Source of the DNA: Pseudobacteriovorax sp.
GTDB taxonomy: Bacteria; Bdellovibrionota_B; Oligoflexia; Oligoflexales; Oligoflexaceae
Reading direction: 5' to 3'
DNA: 14,340 nt
NCBI GenBank assembly: GCA_050293845.1
Contig: JBNKNM010000144.1
Location: forward strand, 1-14,340
Part shown: one piece after another, positions 1 to 7,375 of the stretch
How positions within the stretch are numbered: the first letter of the stretch is position 1
How the letters are laid out: the number at the start of each line of letters is the position of its first letter
Program-made: the position numbers and the translations under genes
Notes under the pieces: generated by a model
What the model saw: the letters and a program-made list of their open reading frames with translations, nothing else
Told to the model about the DNA's origin: nothing
Databases searched by the model: none

Positions 1-1263
1 CTGGCTATAGATAACAGTATTAGGTGGGGATTTAATTGGGAGTGGGGGCCCTTCCAGATGTGGCAAGCTCTCGGTGGTGATACCATAACAGCTCGTATGG
101 AAAAGGATGGTGTCAAAATACCTGAGTGGGTGAAAAAAACCTCTACTTTCTATAAACCAGCTCCTAACTCCATTGAATGGCAAATGCATGGTCCAGAGGC
201 TCAACTTCTTGGCTCCAAGGGTGAATATAGTTCCGTCGCTAAAGAAAGCCATCTTTTTTATCTACCAAAATCGCAAAATGAAAAAGATAAGAGGGTCGTG
301 TTATCCAACAAAAATGCTAGCCTTGTGGACATTGGTGATGGGGTTGCTTGTCTCACCTTCCACTCAAAAATGAATGCTATTAATACCGATATGGTAAGTC
401 TAGCCATCGAGGCTACCAATAAAGTCAAGAAAGACTTTGATGGCCTAGTTATTGGCAACGATGGTGATGTATTTTCTGCAGGAGCCGACCTCAAACAAAT
501 TTTGGGAGCATGTAAAGATGGTAAATTTGATGATATTGACCACCTACTACGCAATTTCCAAGGAGCGATGCAACTTATTAAGTATGCTAGCTTTCCTAGC
601 GTTTCCTGCCCTCAAGGATTAGTGCTCGGAGGAGGCTGCGAGGTATCGCTACATACCAGTAAGCAGCTGATAGCCAACGATACTTTTGCAGGCTTGGTCG
701 AAGTGGGAGTGGGCTTGATACCTGCTGGTGGCGGTAGCAAAGAGCTGGCACTTAGAGCTTACCAATTCGCCAACCTAGGAGAGAGAGCTGACCCCATGCC
801 TTTCTTACAGAGAGCTTTCCTCCTCATTGGCATGGCTAAAACCTCCAGCTCTGGTCTAGAAGCTATTGAAATGGGCCTTTACGGACCTAAAGCAGAAGTC
901 ATCATTTCTCGTGATCATCAGATCGTAAAGGCCAAAGGTATGATACTTGAAATGATAAGCCGCGGATACGCTCCTCCTACACCTGTAACAAAACTAAAAG
1001 TGGTTGGCGATCCCGGCATTCAAACCTTTAAAATGATGCTGTACAATATGCTGGAAGCTCAGCAAATATCTGCACATGATGCCTTCATTGGTGAAAAAGT
1101 AGCGACAGTGCTATGTGGCGGAGAAATTGATGGCAATCAAGCCGTTTCAGAACAGTATCTCCTAGACCTTGAGAGACGAGTGTTCTTAGAGCTATGTAAA
1201 GAGTCTAAAACTCAAGATCGCATTGAACACATGTTAAAGACTGGAAAGCCACTTAGAAACTAA
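1..1263 (+). CDS. 3-hydroxyacyl-CoA dehydrogenase / enoyl-CoA hydratase family protein (FadN-type), 5'-truncated by window edge
   Basis: Frame is open from base 1 (LAIDNSIRWGFNWEWGPFQMW, typical FadN 'ID.A..WGF.W..GPF' motif), so the true start lies upstream. C-terminal crotonase domain with FSAGADL, GGGCE and LVEVGVGLIPAGGG (both catalytic Glu). Ends MLKTGKPLRN, typical of this family. Followed by a thiolase. Confidence 0.93.
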   Translation: MAIDNSIRWGFNWEWGPFQMWQALGGDTITARMEKDGVKIPEWVKKTSTFYKPAPNSIEWQMHGPEAQLLGSKGEYSSVAKESHLFYLPKSQNEKDKRVVLSNKNASLVDIGDGVACLTFHSKMNAINTDMVSLAIEATNKVKKDFDGLVIGNDGDVFSAGADLKQILGACKDGKFDDIDHLLRNFQGAMQLIKYASFPSVSCPQGLVLGGGCEVSLHTSKQLIANDTFAGLVEVGVGLIPAGGGSKELALRAYQFANLGERADPMPFLQRAFLLIGMAKTSSSGLEAIEMGLYGPKAEVIISRDHQIVKAKGMILEMISRGYAPPTPVTKLKVVGDPGIQTFKMMLYNMLEAQQISAHDAFIGEKVATVLCGGEIDGNQAVSEQYLLDLERRVFLELCKESKTQDRIEHMLKTGKPLRN

Positions 1264-1282
1264 CAACGGAAAGGATTGTCTC

Positions 1283-2473
1283 ATGACAAAAGCATATATT
1301 GTTGCTCCCCTTAGATCAGCAGTCGGTAAAGCATTTAAAGGTTCACTTAGGGCTAAACGTCCTGATGACTTAACAGCTGACTTGATTAAAGCCGTACTAA
1401 ACAAAGCCGGTGACTTCGATCATAGTTTAATCGAAGATTGTATCTTAGGTTGCGCTATGCCTGAAGCTGAGCAAGGTATGAATGTCGCTCGCTTTGCTGT
1501 TTTGCTCTCTGGACTCCCAGAATCCGTCCCCGGTGTCACTGTCAATAGGTTTTGCAGTTCTGGAGTCCAAACTATTGCCATGGCAGCCCACCAAATCCTG
1601 GCAGGAGGTGCTGACTGTATCCTTGCAGGAGGAGTTGAGTCTATGAGCCTTGTCCCCATGATGGGGCACAAGCCTGTCGGAAGTCGCACCATTCTTAGCT
1701 CTGATGAAAGCCGTGGTGACTATTATTTAGGTATGGGATTAACAGCGGAAAATGTTGCTGACGATTACAATGTAAGCCGTGAAGACCAGGATGAATTTGC
1801 TTATCACTCCCACCTAAAAGCTGCCAAGGCTGTTAGTGAGGGGCTTTTTAAAGATGAAATTGCTCCTGTACCGGTGGAGCTTAGGATTCCTGGGGAGAGT
1901 GGCACTGTAAATATAAAGGAAATTTCCTTTGATACAGATGAAGGCCCTCGCCCTGACACCTCCTTGGAAGCACTAGCAAGATTGCGCCCTGCCTTCAAAG
2001 CCAAGGGGAGTGTTACCGCTGGTAACTCCTCTCAAATGTCGGATGGTGCTGCTATGTGCCTTGTGGTTTCCGAAAAGTTTTTAAAGGAACACAAGCTCAC
2101 TCCAGTAGGACAGTTTTTAGGATATTCCGTCGCCGGAGTTCCCCCCCGAGTCATGGGCATTGGCCCCATAGAAGCGATTCCAAAGGCACTTAAGCAAGCA
2201 GGTAAAAGCCTCAATGACATTCAACGCATTGAACTCAATGAAGCCTTTGCATCCCAATCGTTAGCTGTTGTCAGAACTCTAGGCTTGAACCCAGAAATAG
2301 TAAACCCAACGGGAGGTGCTATCGCCTTGGGGCATCCTTTAGGAGCCACAGGTGCTAAATTGACCGCAACACTTTTTAATGGCATGAAGCGTGATAAGCA
2401 AAAATATGGCCTTGTCACCATGTGTATCGGTACAGGGATGGGTGCCGCATGTGTTTTTGAGAATCTACAGTAG
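1283..2473 (+). CDS. fadA: acetyl-CoA C-acyltransferase (3-ketoacyl-CoA thiolase)
   Basis: NRFCSSG (nucleophile Cys), NEAF, GGAIALGHPLGATG and terminal MCIGTGMG all intact. GGAAAGGA SD upstream. 19 bp after the FadN-type gene. Confidence 0.95.
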   Translation: MTKAYIVAPLRSAVGKAFKGSLRAKRPDDLTADLIKAVLNKAGDFDHSLIEDCILGCAMPEAEQGMNVARFAVLLSGLPESVPGVTVNRFCSSGVQTIAMAAHQILAGGADCILAGGVESMSLVPMMGHKPVGSRTILSSDESRGDYYLGMGLTAENVADDYNVSREDQDEFAYHSHLKAAKAVSEGLFKDEIAPVPVELRIPGESGTVNIKEISFDTDEGPRPDTSLEALARLRPAFKAKGSVTAGNSSQMSDGAAMCLVVSEKFLKEHKLTPVGQFLGYSVAGVPPRVMGIGPIEAIPKALKQAGKSLNDIQRIELNEAFASQSLAVVRTLGLNPEIVNPTGGAIALGHPLGATGAKLTATLFNGMKRDKQKYGLVTMCIGTGMGAACVFENLQ

Positions 2474-2490
2474 GCTTGGTCAGCTCTAAG

Positions 2491-2518
2491 GTATCCCAGA
2501 AAGTCATTTCTGGGATAC
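2491..2518 (+). terminator. perfect 12-bp hairpin after the fad operon (terminator or 3' stabiliser)
   Basis: GTATCCCAGAAA-gtca-TTTCTGGGATAC, 17 bp after the fadA stop. No clear U-tract follows. Confidence 0.6.
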
Positions 2519-2526
2519 ACTAAATC

Positions 2527-2555
2527 TTTAGAAAGTCTCCAAAGTTCGTTATACT
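2527..2555 (+). promoter_or_regulatory. possible sigma70 promoter for the response regulator
   Basis: TTTAGA(2527-2532)-17 bp-TATACT(2550-2555). Confidence 0.35.
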
Positions 2556-2607
2556 TTCCAAAAGACGTTGAGCCATTTGGTAAAATTTTTTGAAATGGGG
2601 TAGCCTC

Positions 2608-2961
2608 ATGCCTAAAATACTCATCGTAGATGATGAAGTTGATATTTGCGAAATGATGTCATTTACGTTCGATAGCCATGGCTTTAAAACCTATGTTGCC
2701 CATGACGCTGCTGAAGCTTTCGAGATTGTTAAAAGTGAGGACCCAGATCTCGTTGTCAGTGATATACGTATGCCAAAAGGGGGTGGGATGAAGCTTTTAA
2801 AAGATATCAAAAACTATAACCCGCAACGACCTAAAGTTTTTTTGATAACCGGATATAGTGATAACACCCGTGAGGAGGCGATCTCTGCTGGTGCTGAAGA
2901 TGTGCTAGCAAAGCCCATCAAACTGCAAGAGTTGGTGGAAAGGGTTACAGGCTCAATATAA
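2608..2961 (+). CDS. single-domain response regulator (CheY-like receiver)
   Basis: ILIVDDE acidic pocket, phospho-acceptor VSDIRMP, ITG and KP motifs; no output domain. ATG 2608 with GGGG SD preferred over the TTG at 2590. Confidence 0.92.
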   Translation: MPKILIVDDEVDICEMMSFTFDSHGFKTYVAHDAAEAFEIVKSEDPDLVVSDIRMPKGGGMKLLKDIKNYNPQRPKVFLITGYSDNTREEAISAGAEDVLAKPIKLQELVERVTGSI

Positions 2962-2988
2962 AAAAGCACCATGGCATCAGGGTGCTTT
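2960..2988 (-). terminator. intrinsic terminator for the histone-like gene (possibly bidirectional)
   Basis: AAAGCACC(2963-2970)/GGTGCTTT(2981-2988) inverted repeat. On the minus strand the GC stem is followed by T6 (A-run 2960-2965). Lies between convergent genes. Confidence 0.75.
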
Positions 2989-3014
2989 CCTTAAAATTCA
3001 AGCCATTACCTAAT

Positions 3015-3374
3015 CTAAGCTTTCTTGCGAGATACTTTTTTTCGAGTACTTCTTTTCTTTGTGGCTTTCTTTTTAGTAACCTTCTTCTTAGTGGCTTTCT
3101 TTTTAGTAACCTTCTTCTTAGTGGCTTTCTTTTTAGTAGCCTTTTTCTTAGTAGCCTTTTTCTTAGTGGCTTTCTTTTTAGTAGCCTTTTTCTTAATGAC
3201 TTTCTTTTTTACTGCTTTTTTGACTGCCTTTCTCTTCACAGCTTTACGCTTAGTACCTGCAGCAGCTTTGCTTGTTTTTTTCTTAGTAGCTTTCTTTTTT
3301 GCAACTTTTTTCTTTGCAGCTCTTTTCTTTGCAGCTCTTTTCTTTGTCCCGGCCTTTTTAGTGGTCGCTTTCAT
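3015..3374 (-). CDS. histone H1-like lysine-rich DNA-binding protein (119 aa, KKKAT/KKKVT repeats)
   Basis: ATG at 3374 with strong AAGGAGGA SD (~3385-3392). 59 Lys + 7 Arg of 119 residues, no Asp/Glu. Terminator downstream. The 31-codon extension in the ORF track overlaps the SD and leader and is unlikely to be coding. Confidence 0.88.
   Translation of the reverse strand: MKATTKKAGTKKRAAKKRAAKKKVAKKKATKKKTSKAAAGTKRKAVKRKAVKKAVKKKVIKKKATKKKATKKKATKKKATKKKATKKKVTKKKATKKKVTKKKATKKRSTRKKVSRKKA
3061..3210. repeat. 15-bp-period tandem repeat with 30-bp higher-order unit
   Basis: GTGGCTTTCTTTTTAGTAACCTTCTTCTTA is exact at 3061-3090 and 3091-3120, with a 2-mismatch copy at 3121-3150. 15-mer variants continue to ~3210. 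Encodes KKK(A/V)T pentapeptides on the minus strand. Confidence 0.95.
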
Positions 3375-3502
3375 AATAAAAATATCCTCCTTAAAAAATC
3401 GATATGCAGTCCCACATGGGACAGGACGAGAACCGCAAGATTCTCGTATGCAACAAACAGGGTCCAAGCTTTACCAAACACCAACAGGTTTAATTTTGAG
3501 AT

Positions 3503-3532
3503 AGAATAGCTTGAAAATTCCTTCTTTCTCAA
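3503..3532 (-). promoter_or_regulatory. possible sigma70 promoter for the histone-like gene
   Basis: Minus strand TTGAGA(3532-3527)-18 bp-TATTCT(3508-3503); implies a leader of ~120 nt. Confidence 0.4.
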
Positions 3533-3752
3533 AGTTGATAAATTTATCGGACCAAGTTTTTATTCCTAAAGGTTATCTTAGATAAAAAGAACTTATTTTA
3601 TAGATCTTAACAACCTTTAGGTATTTTTTTTCTCATGTTTTTAGCAGGTTATGAAACGATATTTGGACTTTAATCGTATCTAATATCAGAGCGATAAGTT
3701 CCTCTGATGACGGCAATTTAATTTACTGAGATTCAATACCATGATTTAAGCT

Positions 3753-3777
3753 CTAAAAGTAGTCGTAATACTTTTAG
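3753..3777 (-). terminator. hairpin downstream of the 708-aa gene
   Basis: CTAAAAGTA(3753-3761)/TACTTTTAG(3769-3777), 7-nt loop, 26 bp past the stop codon. AT-rich stem, no U-tract. Confidence 0.35.
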
Positions 3778-3803
3778 TGAGTGGATAAAATAATCTAATG
3801 ACT

Positions 3804-5930
3804 TCAGGAAGATGCATTGGAGTTACGAGCTTTAAAAAGTTCCAAAGCAGCACGGGCTTTCTCAGACATGACAGGCACACTTGATTTTTTATTATCTAAG
3901 TCTGGTTGATTTTGGTTGGATTTTCGCAGCTTAATCGGTCGACTCACTCCGATCTGTTTGGTTTCAAGTAGGCGAACTAGTTGAGAATCTTCTGTTATTA
4001 AAAGAATATTTTCTTTAGGAGCACAATAATCCAGCAATCTCAATAATTCTATCTTACTGCTTTTTTCTAGATTGTTTTGAACTACAAGAATAGATAGAGG
4101 ACAAGAAATATTTCTTTGACTAAATATTTCTTCGTCACTTACTGGGCGATCGACATCCCGAATCAACTGGGAGAGAACCTCACATTTATCGATCATTTCA
4201 AACAGTTGATCCCATTTTTTTTCCTCAAATCCCAATGCCTCAATACCAAGCAGAGTAAAGTGTTGATTCCACATATGCGTACATTCTTTGACTTTGCCAC
4301 GGAAAGTCGATTGTAGATAATGGTAGAATTCTATCTTATTCTGGACTCGACTCAACTTCGATAGTTGGCCTTCTTTTTTATCTTTATAGCTAAGGATATT
4401 ACGAACTTCGGCAATTAGAATTGAAGGTTGCTTGAGGTCTATAGATTTCTGACTCTTGGTAACAATTCTCCACTCATTCACTAACCTTTCAATATTTTTA
4501 AGGTTTAGACTATAGACTGCAAGTTTATCACGACACTCCTTTCTTGCAACATAGAGTGATGAAATCTGGCCCAGATTATTGATGAGGTTGAGTATGGAGT
4601 TAAGAGATGCCTGCGGATCTAACTTATACCTGCTCGCTATAGCAATCCAATGACTTTTAGCTTTGCCAAGTTCTGCAACAATTTTTTCATATCTTACTTG
4701 AATTTCATCCACATAATCAGTGTAACTTTGATTTGTAACCTCTATGTTAGAGCACATTTCATTGATAGAGCGCAAAATTCGGTTCACAGCCTGGCGTGAA
4801 TCTTCCAAAAAAGCTACATCAAGTAAAGGGGCATCACCCTTATCTTCATTATCAATCAATCTTTTCCAAAGACTGGTTTTTGGTTTGATTTGTGACTGAC
4901 TATTTATAGATTGGGTAATATCAGTGATTGACTTAAGAGCTCCCTCGATATTTTCCAATAATTTTTTATCATCCAGCAGAAAAGACTTTGTATTGCGAAT
5001 ATGATCTTGGAAGATAGGTTTAACCAATGATTCCAATTCATGATTCCCACGCCTATAGGCAAGCTCTAATTTTTCATAAGCTTGTAACCTACTTAAGCTT
5101 TTTACAACATCTTCCCAGCTAATTTCCGAGTCTAACATTGGCAGTTGGTGGATTTCATATCGATCGCACAGTTTCATGAGATTATGATCTATTTTTTGTA
5201 CTTTTTGCTTAAGGACATCGTAGTTATTTGCGGGGTCATTAAAAAAAACAGCGTCCCTTTCAATTTCTCTCAGAATTTCAATCTCTTTTTGTAGATCCAG
5301 TAGATAGTTGGGATCAAATTTTGCTAAAGATTCATATTCTTTTTTCGTATTAGCTATCATACCTTTAACATACTCATAATCCTTAAGGATAAATTGAGCC
5401 TTATGGGAGAAAGACACCAATTGGTTCAATGCAATGATATGAGGGCTGGACAGAAAAGACTGGCATTTCTGAAGAGATTGTTCGAGTTTATGTGCCGCTA
5501 CTTGGTTAAAGTGCTGGAGAAATTGACTGCCTTTTTTTACCCGTTCACCTAGCAAGTGCTCACCATCTTGCTTGATCCGAATGACATCAACTAATGCAGC
5601 CGTAAGGTCATCCTCTCCTTCTAATACAGCCTCTTTAAATTTTTCTTCACCATTTTCTACCATTTGCCGATTGAAGGAAAACCGCGAACCTTGATGTGAT
5701 CGTTCAATAATCCATTGATTGCCATCACAGTCAGCTACATAGAGAATAGCAACTTTCACATTAGAGATATGGCGCCCGGTTATAGCAAAGACGATGGCCT
5801 CTAATAAGTAATCTTGCTCCGTTTGATGATGACAAAGTATATTCCTAAATTTTGACTCTATAGCTTGGAATTTGAAAGCCGTTGTGACTTCATTTCCTTC
5901 CAACTGATATTTAATGCCACTAAGGAACAA
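3804..5930 (-). CDS. SMC/Rad50/SbcC/YhaN-like coiled-coil protein with degenerate ATPase motifs
   Basis: 708-aa ORF, TTG start with GGAG SD (5941-5938) 7 nt upstream. N-terminal LLEAIVFAITG and DGNQWIIERS resemble the Rad50/SbcC head. Long helical, heptad-like centre. C-terminal NILLITEDSQL resembles the ABC H-switch strand. Coding status confident; family assignment by eye. Confidence 0.65.
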   Translation of the reverse strand: MFLSGIKYQLEGNEVTTAFKFQAIESKFRNILCHHQTEQDYLLEAIVFAITGRHISNVKVAILYVADCDGNQWIIERSHQGSRFSFNRQMVENGEEKFKEAVLEGEDDLTAALVDVIRIKQDGEHLLGERVKKGSQFLQHFNQVAAHKLEQSLQKCQSFLSSPHIIALNQLVSFSHKAQFILKDYEYVKGMIANTKKEYESLAKFDPNYLLDLQKEIEILREIERDAVFFNDPANNYDVLKQKVQKIDHNLMKLCDRYEIHQLPMLDSEISWEDVVKSLSRLQAYEKLELAYRRGNHELESLVKPIFQDHIRNTKSFLLDDKKLLENIEGALKSITDITQSINSQSQIKPKTSLWKRLIDNEDKGDAPLLDVAFLEDSRQAVNRILRSINEMCSNIEVTNQSYTDYVDEIQVRYEKIVAELGKAKSHWIAIASRYKLDPQASLNSILNLINNLGQISSLYVARKECRDKLAVYSLNLKNIERLVNEWRIVTKSQKSIDLKQPSILIAEVRNILSYKDKKEGQLSKLSRVQNKIEFYHYLQSTFRGKVKECTHMWNQHFTLLGIEALGFEEKKWDQLFEMIDKCEVLSQLIRDVDRPVSDEEIFSQRNISCPLSILVVQNNLEKSSKIELLRLLDYCAPKENILLITEDSQLVRLLETKQIGVSRPIKLRKSNQNQPDLDNKKSSVPVMSEKARAALELFKARNSNASS

Positions 5931-6302
5931 TCAAAGTCTCCATTTTTTCTAGATTCCCTTTTAAGTTTAACGAACCCGGATATGAAAATCCTTTTATGCG
6001 ACGATACTGAGATAAAAAACGTCTTAATTCATTAGGGTTAACTTGATGATTCATTCAATCTCACAATTGATGGCGCTTATTTTTCGCATCCCATGGTGCA
6101 CCCAAAACTGTCAAGCCGTTTCAAGAGCTATCCTCAGTAAAATTATTCAGATCCCGATTACAAGACCTAGGAGAATTTCCCATCGACAATGAGGGCTTAC
6201 TCACATTATACAATATGTCGCAATAAAAATCCTAGAACTAGGTAGGGTTGCCTAGCAAGATCGTGACCACTACCAAGCTAATATCACGAGAAAGGTAAGC
6301 AG

Positions 6303-7367
6303 ATGGGTGTGATACAACAGAATTTGTCAACAACCGGAGCTGATTGGGGTACGGCCATGTTGCGCTTACTACCAGCTGAATTGGCACACAATGTGGGACT
6401 TAAGCTTCTTAAATCAGAACTATTCAAGCTCGTGCCCAAGCCATCCTTTCCCATCCAGAGTAAGATTTTTAACATGGAAGTTCCCGGAATAGGCAGTTTA
6501 TCACATCCTATTGGACTAGCTGCTGGATTTGACAAAAACTGCTATGCACCCCACGGATTCGCTCGGCTTGGCTTAGCATTCCTGGAAATTGGAACCGTCA
6601 CCCCTCGTCCCCAACCTGGTAATCCCAAACCACGCATGTTCCGCTACCCGGAGCAAAAGGCTATTATCAATCGTATGGGGTTTAATAGTTTGGGAAGTCA
6701 GGTTGTTGTAGAAAGGCTAGCCAAACTTGATTGGGATCATAATATTATCCCAATGGGTCTCAATATCGGTAAGAATAAGGATACTTCCGAAGCCGCTGCC
6801 ATTGATGACTTCAACCATGGGCTCCAAAAATTTGGCCCCTTCGCCAAATACTTTGTCGTAAATATATCTTCTCCCAATACTAGTGGACTGAGAAATCTAG
6901 CAAATGATGAGTTTATTCGCCAACTGGCTCAAGATAACCACTCCCTCAGGGAGAAGATTTGGTTTAAACTTGATCCCGATATGAGTCGTACGAAGCTACA
7001 AAGTATTATTGAAACCATCACTTCTGCGGGTTTTCAAGGAGTTATTCTAAGCAATACCCACAAAGTAGATTGGCCCGAAATGGGTGGACAAAGTGGTCAC
7101 CCACTAACCAGCCTTGCCAATCAAAGTCTCGAATGGGCATTTGAGGTACATAAGGGAGAGCTTCCGATGATGGCCTCTGGGGGAATTCTCAGTGGCTTAG
7201 ACATACTGCAACGTGTTCAAAGAGGAGCTTGTGCCGTACAGATCTATTCGGCTCTGGTTTACCGGGGTCCTTGGGCAGTTCAGAAACTACTCCAAGAGCT
7301 GTACGCAGAATTAGCACTGCAAGGATATAATTTTTTATCCGATGCGATCAACACCCACTACCAGTAA
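6303..7367 (+). CDS. pyrD: dihydroorotate dehydrogenase (quinone), class 2
   Basis: GLAAGFDK, GTVTPRPQPGNPKPRMFR, INRMGFNS, NIGKNK, VNISSPNT (catalytic Ser), SNT, GG.SG, VQIYSALVY.GP. Confidence 0.96.
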   Translation: MGVIQQNLSTTGADWGTAMLRLLPAELAHNVGLKLLKSELFKLVPKPSFPIQSKIFNMEVPGIGSLSHPIGLAAGFDKNCYAPHGFARLGLAFLEIGTVTPRPQPGNPKPRMFRYPEQKAIINRMGFNSLGSQVVVERLAKLDWDHNIIPMGLNIGKNKDTSEAAAIDDFNHGLQKFGPFAKYFVVNISSPNTSGLRNLANDEFIRQLAQDNHSLREKIWFKLDPDMSRTKLQSIIETITSAGFQGVILSNTHKVDWPEMGGQSGHPLTSLANQSLEWAFEVHKGELPMMASGGILSGLDILQRVQRGACAVQIYSALVYRGPWAVQKLLQELYAELALQGYNFLSDAINTHYQ

Positions 7368-7375
7368 GGAACATT

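Noticed and set aside
58..60. ATG at 58 as start of the first CDS
   Set aside because: Frame is open and conserved-looking from base 1; the gene starts outside the window.
3061..3210. Tandem repeats as a possible CRISPR array
   Set aside because: Contiguous 15/30-bp units without unique spacers, in frame within a CDS; no cas genes.
2982..3509. Two long + strand Phe/Leu-rich ORFs (2982..3509, 3025..3504) resembling membrane proteins
   Set aside because: Antisense shadows of the Lys-rich repeat gene. The minus frame has the SD, terminator and a known protein type.
5920..5943. Seven-codon upstream ORF (METLIVP) overlapping the TTG start of the 708-aa gene
   Set aside because: Its ATG is part of the SD context (ATGGAG) and has no SD of its own; expected by chance.
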